Positions 31,536-40,270 of a stretch of 43,140 nt of DNA are shown piece by piece. The position numbers and the translations under genes are program-made. The stretch's first letter is position 1, and the number at the start of each line of letters is the position of its first letter. The stretch is taken from positions 1 to 43,140 of the IMG/VR virus record IMGVR_UViG_3300002920_000041, one strand, 5' to 3'. The notes under the pieces were generated by a model, which saw only the letters and a program-made list of their open reading frames with translations, was not told where the DNA came from and made no database searches. The stretch is from a virus.

Positions 31536-31825
31536 GGCGTTCAGCATGGCGTGCGCAGTTCAGGCAAGCGCTCATTGAACGCGCGCGCAACGCTGTTATT
31601 CCAGAGGCGGTCACTTGCGAACCCGATGATTGGGCTTTCCATTATCCGCCAATCATGGTCTTGCTAGGCTTTGATGTATGGCGCATGTCAGGCTTCACAC
31701 GCCTGCCAACTCCTGACGAGGTCGCTCAAGTTGACAGGCGTTGGATTGAGGATTTGAGCGTGTGCTATGCGTTGTACCGTCATAAGCTAGATTGGTATAA
31801 GCGGCATGTTCAAAGCAACGCTTGA
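31532..31825 (+). CDS. Tail assembly chaperone, T-like part (probably also made as a G-T fusion by the -1 frameshift)
   Basis: It lies in the -1 frame relative to 31056..31535, has an ATGA overlap, and is directly upstream of the tape measure. Confidence 0.6.
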   Translation: MRRSAWRAQFRQALIERARNAVIPEAVTCEPDDWAFHYPPIMVLLGFDVWRMSGFTRLPTPDEVAQVDRRWIEDLSVCYALYRHKLDWYKRHVQSNA

Positions 31826-34367
31826 AATCATTCTCAAGGGCGCAAAAGAGGGCGCGCAGGCGGCTGAATCGCTGACCGAGTCGCTAAAACGCGCAAAGAA
31901 AAGCGCGGACTCTTTGCGCGGCGCGGCTTTGGGCGGGCTTGAGCAGCAAGCGCGATCGGCGGCAGGCGCGACCGAGACATATGCACAGAAGATTAAACGG
32001 GCGCAGATTGAAATGCGCGCGTTAGGCGAATCGGCGCGTCAGGCAGCCCGCTCTGATTTACGCCCGTTAACTAGACAATTAGAAGACGTCGCACAGAAGG
32101 CGAAACAAGCCTCAAGCGCGTTGCCGTCAGGACTCGCCGACCGTTTCGGCGGCGCGGTCGGCGGCTTAGTCGGCGAGCTTGGTTCTGCAATCGGCGGCGC
32201 GTTTGGCGGGGGTGGTGGCGCTGCGATCGGCGCGGCTTCCAACGCGATTGGCGGCGTCATTGAGACAGGCATTGGAAACGCGGGCATCGGGACGTTAGCG
32301 GCGTCTTTAGGCGCGATTGGTATAGCGGCGGGCGCGGCGGGTCTAGCTATTGCCAATTTCACTAAGACTATTGAGCAGCAGGCGGATCGTTTCAAGGCGA
32401 TTCAGCAGACGCTCACTGCCACAGCGGGGTTGACGGCGACCGCAACGCGCAGCCAAATCGAGGCTGAGCTGAACGCCTTACAGGCGCAACAGAAACAAAT
32501 TGAAGGACAGCGCGCATCAGTACAGCGTCAGATCGTCCAGATTAATCAGGCGGCTGATGAGGTCGCGAGAAACAATCCGCTGAATCCCGTCATTCGATTG
32601 GCGGCTGAAGCGGCGCGTGGGCAGTTCTTAGGCGAGCTGAACAATCAATTGAACAGTCTAGCGACGGCGGCGCAACAAAACGCGCTTGCACAAGACCGCC
32701 TGCGCCAAAGCCTTGAGGACGGGACGGTCGCCGCTAACAATGCGGCGCGCCTTGAACAGGTGTTGCGGGAGACGCGCCTCGCCCAAAACGTGCAGGCGGA
32801 GCGCACGACTGTTCAGCTTTTTCAAGATTTGGCGCGTGCGCAGCGCGAGGGCGGCGCTAAGGCAATACAAGCGCGGATCGACAGTTTGCGCGATGAAGAG
32901 GCTGCGATTAAAGCGAGCCTTGAGCGCCTGAATCGCATTCCAACGGGGCAATTGCGTGATGATGAAATCCAACTGATTGCCCAATTCACGTCACGCCTCG
33001 CCGAAATCCAGCAGATTATTGCGAACACCGAGCGTGATATCTTGCCTGCTGCGCAGGCGCGCGACCGAGAGATTGAAGCGATTGAAAGGCAGCGCCGTGT
33101 GCAGGAGGATCTTACTAAGCAACGCGAGCGCGATGTGCAGCAGGCTGCTCAGATTGCGGCGCAATTGAAGCAACTCGACTCCTCTTATCAAGAAAGCCAG
33201 CGCTTGAAAACTGAAGAGAAGGCGCTTCAGGCGCAACGAGACGCGGAGGCAGCTGAATTTCAGGCTCGGATTGAGCGCGCAAAAGAGGCTGAACGGGCGG
33301 CTGCAGCGCAAGCGCGAATCGCAGACATTGAGCGTGACACGGCGCGGCGAATCGCCGATGCCCGATCCAAATTTGAGCAGGAGTCGCTCAAGGCTGCGCA
33401 GAGCTTCAATGCGCAAAAGGCGCAAATTGAGCGCGATTTCATGCGCAGCGAGCTTGATGCGCTCAACAAATTCAGGCAAAGCGAGGCTCGACGGACTGAA
33501 GATTATTACCGTGAGCGCAATCGCCGTCTTGAGGACTTGCAAGCGCAATTGACTGAATTGGCGGCGGAGGGCGATGTCGCGGGCTTCATTGCCGCGCAAC
33601 GCGCGGGCGAGCGCGATTTGCGGCGCGCGGCTGAAGACTTCGATGTCACAGGGCGGCGCGCTAGTGAAGACTTTTTGCGAGAGCGTGAGGCGGCGCGAGC
33701 CGCCTTTGAGGAGCGCCTCGCCGATCTGCGAAACAATTACGCCCTTGAGCGCGCCGAAAGGCAACGAGCGCTGCAGGAGCAGATCGCCGATATCCAACGC
33801 GCGGGTCAAGAGCGCATTGTGCAAGAGCGCGATGCGCTTGTGAAGCGCATCAGCGAGTCACAGCGGATTGAGCAGGAATTCGCGGCGCGCCGCTTGCAAT
33901 GGCAGGTTGAGGATCAGGCTCGGCGAGAGCGGCTTGAGAGAGAAGGTTACGAAAGGAGACGCGCCGCTTTAATAGAGCAGCAAAATCGGCTAACGCCCGT
34001 CGTCAGGCAAGTCTTCAGACCGATTGAGCAGGGTCTAGTTCAAGTCGCGCAAACAGCGCAGCGTGTCTTCAGTCTTTTGAGTGGTGGGCGACCGACTATT
34101 GGCGGGCGAGTCGTAGCGAACGCGACGGGCGGCATTTACACAAGCCCGACCATAGGCTTGCTAGGGGAGCGGCGCGGATTCGGCGATATCGTAATCCCTT
34201 TCAAGCAAAGTGAGGGCATTGAAAACGCTCTTAATCGCTTTTCATCTAAGGCGAGCAATAAAACGGTCGTTGTCAATATTGGGCAAATTGGCGGAGACCC
34301 GCAATTCATCAGAGCAGAGATTGATAAGTTGAGTCAGAGGATAATTGAAGCTCTTGTGAGCGATTGA
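31806..34367 (+). CDS. Tape measure protein (853 aa)
   Basis: Position and size fit. It has a Gly/Ala-rich hydrophobic segment (GGAVGGLVGELGSAIGGAFGGGGGAAIGAA...) and a long Q/R/E/A-rich coiled-coil region. Confidence 0.8.
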   Translation: MFKATLEIILKGAKEGAQAAESLTESLKRAKKSADSLRGAALGGLEQQARSAAGATETYAQKIKRAQIEMRALGESARQAARSDLRPLTRQLEDVAQKAKQASSALPSGLADRFGGAVGGLVGELGSAIGGAFGGGGGAAIGAASNAIGGVIETGIGNAGIGTLAASLGAIGIAAGAAGLAIANFTKTIEQQADRFKAIQQTLTATAGLTATATRSQIEAELNALQAQQKQIEGQRASVQRQIVQINQAADEVARNNPLNPVIRLAAEAARGQFLGELNNQLNSLATAAQQNALAQDRLRQSLEDGTVAANNAARLEQVLRETRLAQNVQAERTTVQLFQDLARAQREGGAKAIQARIDSLRDEEAAIKASLERLNRIPTGQLRDDEIQLIAQFTSRLAEIQQIIANTERDILPAAQARDREIEAIERQRRVQEDLTKQRERDVQQAAQIAAQLKQLDSSYQESQRLKTEEKALQAQRDAEAAEFQARIERAKEAERAAAAQARIADIERDTARRIADARSKFEQESLKAAQSFNAQKAQIERDFMRSELDALNKFRQSEARRTEDYYRERNRRLEDLQAQLTELAAEGDVAGFIAAQRAGERDLRRAAEDFDVTGRRASEDFLREREAARAAFEERLADLRNNYALERAERQRALQEQIADIQRAGQERIVQERDALVKRISESQRIEQEFAARRLQWQVEDQARRERLEREGYERRRAALIEQQNRLTPVVRQVFRPIEQGLVQVAQTAQRVFSLLSGGRPTIGGRVVANATGGIYTSPTIGLLGERRGFGDIVIPFKQSEGIENALNRFSSKASNKTVVVNIGQIGGDPQFIRAEIDKLSQRIIEALVSD

Positions 34368-34374
34368 GGTGGTG

Positions 34375-35313
34375 ATGAGCGAAAGGCTGATTGAAGCCTT
34401 GCAACGCCGATCCGAGACGGGCGAAACGTTTCGTGAGATCGCCAAAAGATTCGGTGTCAACCCGAACACACTCCGCCGCCGAGCGCAGCTCCTTAACCTA
34501 TCCAAACCGCGCACACCCACTGAAACCCGCCGCGTTGTTGTATTAAGCGATATCCACGCCCGCCCTAGCTGGGAAATCCTAGACAAGGCAATCACGATCA
34601 AGCCCGATACTGTCATTTTGGCAGGTGACCTGTTCGATGGTCAACAGGCGAATCCTCATGAGACCGATTTGAAGTTCAGGGCGCGGACTTTTGCTGAAGA
34701 GAGCAAAGTGTTAGAGCGTCTCATGCGTAAGTTATTGGCAGAGACGGACGCAATCATTAAGGTCATCAGAGGCAATCACGATGATTGGTTCAGTCGTATG
34801 TTGAGCAGGCAAGCGGACAGAGCTTTTCATCCATACATCATAGACCCTTTAGAGGCGATCGTTAAGCGTCTGAACGACGACCGCCTAACGCTTGTCAGGC
34901 AAACTTTCAAGCATAGGCAAGGCGATTGGATTGAGGAGCTTGCCGAGTCCCGCTACTGTTGGATTGAAGGTGATGCTTTCATCAGCCATATGAACTTTGG
35001 CGGCAAATGGGCGGGCGACGCTGTCAAGAAACTCTACGAGTTTTATCAGAGATGGCAACACACGCTCGGTTTGTCACCGCGCCTTTTCATACAAGCGCAT
35101 GGTCATAAACAGGCGCTGCTATACCATGACGGCGGCAATGTGCTGTTAGCGGAGATCGGCGCGTGCGCTAAACCGAGCGTGGAATCCTACAAATTGGCGC
35201 AAAGAGCGGGCGGCTCGCCGATGGTTCAGGGCGGCTGCACTTTTGAGCAGGTTCGCAGCAACGGCAAATGGCGCACCCTTTTAGGGTCGTTCAGATTTCT
35301 AGACTTGCTATAG
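34375..35313 (+). CDS. Calcineurin-like metallophosphoesterase with an N-terminal HTH-like segment
   Basis: VVVLSDIHARP (DxH), ILAGDLFDG (GDxxD), IRGNHD (GNHD), ISHMNFGG and IQAHGHK (GH). The N-terminus reads ETFREIAKRFGVNPNTLRRRAQ. The ATG at 34375 follows GAGGTGG; a GTG at 34369 is also possible. Confidence 0.75.
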   Translation: MSERLIEALQRRSETGETFREIAKRFGVNPNTLRRRAQLLNLSKPRTPTETRRVVVLSDIHARPSWEILDKAITIKPDTVILAGDLFDGQQANPHETDLKFRARTFAEESKVLERLMRKLLAETDAIIKVIRGNHDDWFSRMLSRQADRAFHPYIIDPLEAIVKRLNDDRLTLVRQTFKHRQGDWIEELAESRYCWIEGDAFISHMNFGGKWAGDAVKKLYEFYQRWQHTLGLSPRLFIQAHGHKQALLYHDGGNVLLAEIGACAKPSVESYKLAQRAGGSPMVQGGCTFEQVRSNGKWRTLLGSFRFLDLL

Positions 35314-35327
35314 AGAGGAGCGCAGCT

Positions 35328-35531
35328 ATGAGTAAGTCGCTGGCAAAGCTGGTCTTGGGAATGACAGCAGGCTTCACAACATGCTTTTCATTCGTGATGG
35401 CGGCGGGCTATCTGTGCTTTGGGTTAGGGCTTAGCGACGGGCTAAGCAAAGGCATGTTTTGGATCGCAGCAGCAGCCGTTTCAGGAATTGTCTGGCTTTT
35501 GGCGACCGATGAAAGGTATTGGAAAGTCTAG
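35328..35531 (+). CDS. Small two-TM membrane protein (67 aa), holin-like in size only
   Basis: ATG follows GAGGAG. Hydrophobic segments are LVLGMTAGFTTCFSFVMAAGYLCFGLGL and MFWIAAAAVSGIVWLLA. Confidence 0.6.
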   Translation: MSKSLAKLVLGMTAGFTTCFSFVMAAGYLCFGLGLSDGLSKGMFWIAAAAVSGIVWLLATDERYWKV

Positions 35532-35535
35532 AACT

Positions 35536-36318
35536 ATGTTGACAGCAAGCGTTTTGGATAAAGGTTTTGTCGAGCTTCAAAGCGTGTCACCCGCTTTTGA
35601 CCCTATTGTAGAGGGCGAGCGCGTCCGTCGTGGTCAGTTAACATCGGCGGATTTGGCGGTCGTGAACGCGGCTAGAGTGAGTCGTTTAGGAATTAGCGTG
35701 TCGGCGGAGTCAGATAAGCGCCTGATTCAATATTTGGCGCGCCATCAACACACGACGCCCTTTGAGCATGTCGTGTTCACTTTCCGAGTCAAAGCGCCTG
35801 TGATTGTATGGTGGCAGTGGATACGCCATCGATGGGCTTCATACAACTTACAGAGCGGGAGGTATACCGCCTATGAAGATAACGATTGGTATATACCGAT
35901 AGAATGGCGAAAGCAAATCTCAATCAACAAACAAGCGAGCAAAGGTCTGCTGACGACTGAGCTTAGCACAAAGCTCACTGAAGCGCTGATTGACCTATAC
36001 GACAAAGCCTACGACCTTTACAAGAAGGCGCTCGATATGGGCGTTGCAAGGGAGCAAGCCCGTCTTTTCTTACCTGCCTTTGGCGTGTATTACTTAGGTT
36101 ATGTTACAGCGAACTTGTGGTCTCTGCTGAACTTTGTCAGGTTGCGCGACTCGGATGATGCGCAGGCAGAAATAAGGCAATACGCTATCGCTATCGGATC
36201 GTTAATCAGGCGCGTCGCGCCCGTAAGTTGTGAGGCGTGGCTTGAAAGCGATCCCTCAATTGAAGGCAACGACGGGTTGCCTAAGCATATGCAAGCTGAT
36301 TTGGCGCATGGCGAGTGA
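35536..36318 (+). CDS. thyX: Flavin-dependent thymidylate synthase ThyX
   Basis: ThyX signature RHRWASYNLQSGRY (RHRxxSxxxxSxR), plus VVNAARVS and TPFEHVVFTF. The ATG at 35536 is preferred to 35488. Confidence 0.85.
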   Translation: MLTASVLDKGFVELQSVSPAFDPIVEGERVRRGQLTSADLAVVNAARVSRLGISVSAESDKRLIQYLARHQHTTPFEHVVFTFRVKAPVIVWWQWIRHRWASYNLQSGRYTAYEDNDWYIPIEWRKQISINKQASKGLLTTELSTKLTEALIDLYDKAYDLYKKALDMGVAREQARLFLPAFGVYYLGYVTANLWSLLNFVRLRDSDDAQAEIRQYAIAIGSLIRRVAPVSCEAWLESDPSIEGNDGLPKHMQADLAHGE

Positions 36319-36326
36319 GGTGTTGA

Positions 36327-36767
36327 ATGCCTACCAATCGTAAAACGAATCACAAGATCGCGGCTGGCTCTTTGACCGTCGCGCAAATGGCGTCACAGCC
36401 ACTCATCAAAGATTTCCCTAAACAAGCCGATCAAGGCGCGGTCGATTGGATCGTCGATAGCGCAAAATCCGATTTGCCGTCACGCGCGCGCCAAAGCGCC
36501 CTATCGGGTCGCCTGTATGAGGGCGGCTTCTGGACTTGCTCACTCGTGTTCCCTTACCTGACGTTCGGAATGTGGTCTTACCTGATGACCCAGCTGAACC
36601 TGACCAACTCTCTTTACGCAAGTGCGACTGTTCAGGTCTATGACGATTCGGATTCGATTGTCACGATTCAAGGCATAGTGCTAAAGCCCGAATTCGGCGA
36701 TTTGCAGCCCGTTTTCGGCGGATACCGCGATGTCCGTTTTCGAATCGTGAATGGGACTAAGCTATGA
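36327..36767 (+). CDS. Tail protein (146 aa; positional call, possibly distal-tail related)
   Basis: GAGGTG SD. ATGA overlap with the following large tail gene. Confidence 0.45.
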   Translation: MPTNRKTNHKIAAGSLTVAQMASQPLIKDFPKQADQGAVDWIVDSAKSDLPSRARQSALSGRLYEGGFWTCSLVFPYLTFGMWSYLMTQLNLTNSLYASATVQVYDDSDSIVTIQGIVLKPEFGDLQPVFGGYRDVRFRIVNGTKL

Positions 36768-39700
36768 AGCCCTCTAGCGCGCTCTCAACAGCGCAACGCG
36801 ACTCACTCAAGACGGCGAGGGCGTCCGCATGGTTTTATGCGCGCCCAGACACGGTCGTCGCCACCCTGACCGTGACTAGCGCTTTGAATACGCTAGAGGG
36901 GCGAGTCAACGTGAGCGGTTCGCTCGCAAACGTGACAGCCGACATGACGGCTAAGGTCAAGCGCGGTTCGAACCTTGTAGGTTACTACCGAATCCGCAAG
37001 GTGGGTGGCTCTGAAATCTATTTAGGCGCTGACGCAAACGACAGGGGTTTATTTCAATTCGGTCAGGCGCTGCCGCCGATCGCAGTTGGCGACACGATTG
37101 AGGTCTTAGACCGCTATGATTTGGCGGCGAAAATCCCGCGCATTGATACGGGCGCGTCAGTGATTTATGAAGACTACGATATCGCCTATAGTGACCAAAA
37201 CACGACACCCGCGCCTTACGCGCGCGTCTGGATTCGCGAGGCGTCAAACGGCGCATGGAGTACGCATTACGGCGGCTTCACAAGCGGCGCAACACTTGAC
37301 CTCGACATTAGAGTCGAGGCGTATTCTTTTGTGAGCGGCGCTTTCAGCTTCAACTTCACGTTTCCAGCTTCATGGGTCGTGCTATCCGCTAACACGACCG
37401 CGACCGTCGCCGAGCGGCAAGTCCGCGTGCCAATCGGCACGTTCAGCTTCACTTGCACGATCACACAAAATGCCAAAACGCGCGCTTTGACGCGCTATGT
37501 CGTCATAGACGATCGCGCCAATCCAACGCTTTTCAAAGAGCTGATTGATTTCAGCGCCGATTTCTCAACGGACGGCGTCCGCTTAGCAGGTCGTCTGCGC
37601 TCCCAAGACGCGCAAACATACATCAGCGGCATCCCGCAAGGCGCGTTTAGCCTTATTGTACTGGATACCGAGCAAAATCCCGCATTTTCGCGGGTTTTCG
37701 CAGGATTTTTTGAAGGGGGTAGTTACACATCGCGCGAGGCGGAAAGGGCGGCTCAAATCGCCATTTTTGACGTATCCGAAACGCTCAAGCGAGTTTATTG
37801 CGCCTCTCAACTTTTTGAGCGCAAATCTACAGTAGACACATGGCAGAAATTGCCGCATTCGCTAAGTCACCCTGCTTTTGCCGTGTATTGGCTTCTGGAT
37901 TGGCGCGTAGCCAATTACCATCGCCTGTTCAATTTTGAAGTGTTCAGTTCAGCGGCGGATTATAAGACGATTGCTTTGAAGACGGATCGCGGCTCGCTTT
38001 GGCAGGCGGTTCAAGCCATGACAGGTCGCTTACCGACTTCAATTCTATGCGCGAGCGCGGATGGCTTAATCCTCGATGAGCGCCCTGAACTGTTGAGCGC
38101 GTCGGCGCGCAACGCGATCGTCACCCGCGCGACGCTGACTGAGGACGACGTTGCGGGCTTAGACATTTCAGTAGCGCAGCGGGTGCGCTACAGGCGGGTC
38201 AGGCTCGCCGCCTTTTTGCCTGTTGCGGCTGATGATGTGAAACCGACTCCGATTAGATCGGGCGCGACTGCGCTCAACGGAGAGCAGGAGCAAGACATAA
38301 GCGGCTTATTGGCGCTAAGTCAAGCCGAGCTGAACCGCGTCGCGGGCGATACGCTTGCATCGCTCAACGCGCCATATGAGCGTATTCAATATGAGCTGAT
38401 CGGCGCGCTAGGCATGGCGTTCATGCCGTATCATCAGCAATTTGTAGGCAATAACATTCCGCAAGCCTACCACGAGCTGTTCAGCGCGGCTTTTGCACAG
38501 CGTTGTATACCTGTCAGCCTGAGCTTGCGGCTAGAGTCGGGCGGCGTCGTGAGGACGAGCTTGACAGTCAAGCCTGAGACGGACGGCGCGGACGGCGTCA
38601 CCCTGCCGATACCGATTGAAGGTGAATACAGCATTGTCGAGCCGTTCGAATTGCCGCCCTATGAACTGCCGCCGATCGAGCTGGACTTGGGCGAGCCGTT
38701 TAATTACGACCCGCCGACGCTCATGCCTATAGGCGAAAACGGCTCAAATGAGCGCGGGCGCTTCTTTCTGCTCACTAAAGACAACCGTGTCATCCGCGTC
38801 ACATTTGATGGAAACGGCAATCCACAATTCGCCGATATCAGCCCTGATGTGAACATCCGAAACGCGCTAGGGCAGAGTGAGATGTTGCAAGCCTATTGGC
38901 AATCGCCGGAGCGGCTTTACATAATGGGCAGGGATAGTTTTGCCATGACGCCCAATGCGCGGTTCGCAACGCCGTCATGGGTTGAGATTAAGAACGCGAA
39001 TCCAGCAAACTCAAAACAGATCGTTGTCACCTTTGGCGCGGGGACTTACCCCTATACACTAGTACAGTATGCTGCGATAGACTACTCAAACGGCAATCCG
39101 CCGCCTTGCGTCGAAAGGACAGGCGGCACAATGGTCGTCAGGATGGATTTAGGGTCAAGCAGATCGGGCGTTTTTACAGTTGCTGCTGATTTTTTCAGAC
39201 CCGATTTTCTGAGGTCTTCAACTACGAATTGGGTTGCACGGGATGCATCTTTGAATCAGCTGGGGACGGGCGTAATGAATAAAATTGGCGCTGTTCCCAA
39301 TCAATGGAATACGAGTGACCCGTCTGTTTTCTCAGGAAGCAATGTTCGATACATCGATATAACAGCGTCTCTAGGATCGGGTGCAGGCAGCACCATCTAC
39401 CGTTTTGACAATATCAAGATCACCTATCCAATTTCAGCGACTGGTAAGTTTGACGGCAAGTACGATTTCGCGAGCTTGCCCAGCGCCAATCAATTTTGTT
39501 GGCTCGGCGTCCGCGTCATAAACGGTCAGCCGACCGTCGTCTTCTATAAAACAGCGAACGCTTTTCAAGGCGTCTATGCTGTCCCTATCGCCAAAGATGT
39601 CGGCAACATGACCTATGGGATCGCTTTCAATCCTCACAATGACAAGGAAATTTATATCACAGCGGGCGACCCATCAGACGGATCGGGCGCGGTTTACAAG

Positions 39701-40267
39701 TCGGTAAACGGCGGCTTGAGTTTTGTGAAGACGAGCATACCGCTTGCAACGCGAGGCGGAGCTATCCATTGGAATTGGTCAACACAGACCGCCAATACGC
39801 CAAACACAAGCGAGGGCAATCTGCGCACGATTGAAGGCGTCGTCGGCAGCAACATTGTGTTGCGGCGTGGTTTTACCAATACAAGCAACGTGACTAATAA
39901 CACGGCGAATTGGCTGCGCTCAAGGCAAGGCTTGCAATTCGCGCATATTGACCTCGACATTGGCTTTTACGCGGCTTCAAACGGCAATGTGTTCAAATCG
40001 ACAGACGCGGGCGTGTCTTGGAGCGCGGGCGCGACCGTGACCGGCGGTTCAGGCTTTTACGTTAACGGCGCTGCGCAATACCCTTTGGCTACCAATTTCC
40101 TGCTCATCTTTGGCTACAGGTGTTTAGGGTATAGCGCTAACGGATTCACATCTTACACAAGCCTATGGTCAGCCTATGACACATGGCGAGCTTCGACCTT
40201 AGGTGCGACGGTAGGGGAAGAGATTGTGAGCGCGGTCGTGGATATCGGATACGCTGTGAAGAGGTGA
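36764..40267 (+). CDS. Large tail tip or host-interaction protein (1167 aa) with C-terminal BNR/Asp-box repeats
   Basis: Size and position after the tape measure fit. Asp-box STDAGVSW lies at 39998-40021, and a degenerate SVNGGLSF at 39701-39724. Confidence 0.6.
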   Translation: MKPSSALSTAQRDSLKTARASAWFYARPDTVVATLTVTSALNTLEGRVNVSGSLANVTADMTAKVKRGSNLVGYYRIRKVGGSEIYLGADANDRGLFQFGQALPPIAVGDTIEVLDRYDLAAKIPRIDTGASVIYEDYDIAYSDQNTTPAPYARVWIREASNGAWSTHYGGFTSGATLDLDIRVEAYSFVSGAFSFNFTFPASWVVLSANTTATVAERQVRVPIGTFSFTCTITQNAKTRALTRYVVIDDRANPTLFKELIDFSADFSTDGVRLAGRLRSQDAQTYISGIPQGAFSLIVLDTEQNPAFSRVFAGFFEGGSYTSREAERAAQIAIFDVSETLKRVYCASQLFERKSTVDTWQKLPHSLSHPAFAVYWLLDWRVANYHRLFNFEVFSSAADYKTIALKTDRGSLWQAVQAMTGRLPTSILCASADGLILDERPELLSASARNAIVTRATLTEDDVAGLDISVAQRVRYRRVRLAAFLPVAADDVKPTPIRSGATALNGEQEQDISGLLALSQAELNRVAGDTLASLNAPYERIQYELIGALGMAFMPYHQQFVGNNIPQAYHELFSAAFAQRCIPVSLSLRLESGGVVRTSLTVKPETDGADGVTLPIPIEGEYSIVEPFELPPYELPPIELDLGEPFNYDPPTLMPIGENGSNERGRFFLLTKDNRVIRVTFDGNGNPQFADISPDVNIRNALGQSEMLQAYWQSPERLYIMGRDSFAMTPNARFATPSWVEIKNANPANSKQIVVTFGAGTYPYTLVQYAAIDYSNGNPPPCVERTGGTMVVRMDLGSSRSGVFTVAADFFRPDFLRSSTTNWVARDASLNQLGTGVMNKIGAVPNQWNTSDPSVFSGSNVRYIDITASLGSGAGSTIYRFDNIKITYPISATGKFDGKYDFASLPSANQFCWLGVRVINGQPTVVFYKTANAFQGVYAVPIAKDVGNMTYGIAFNPHNDKEIYITAGDPSDGSGAVYKSVNGGLSFVKTSIPLATRGGAIHWNWSTQTANTPNTSEGNLRTIEGVVGSNIVLRRGFTNTSNVTNNTANWLRSRQGLQFAHIDLDIGFYAASNGNVFKSTDAGVSWSAGATVTGGSGFYVNGAAQYPLATNFLLIFGYRCLGYSANGFTSYTSLWSAYDTWRASTLGATVGEEIVSAVVDIGYAVKR

Positions 40268-40270
40268 AGT

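Noticed and set aside
32991-33824. A 277-aa antisense ORF, and several 60-120-aa ORFs on both strands, inside the tape measure gene
   Set aside because: These are typical shadow ORFs in a GC-rich, low-complexity (Q/R/E/A repeat) coding region. They have no SD sequences and break the operon logic.
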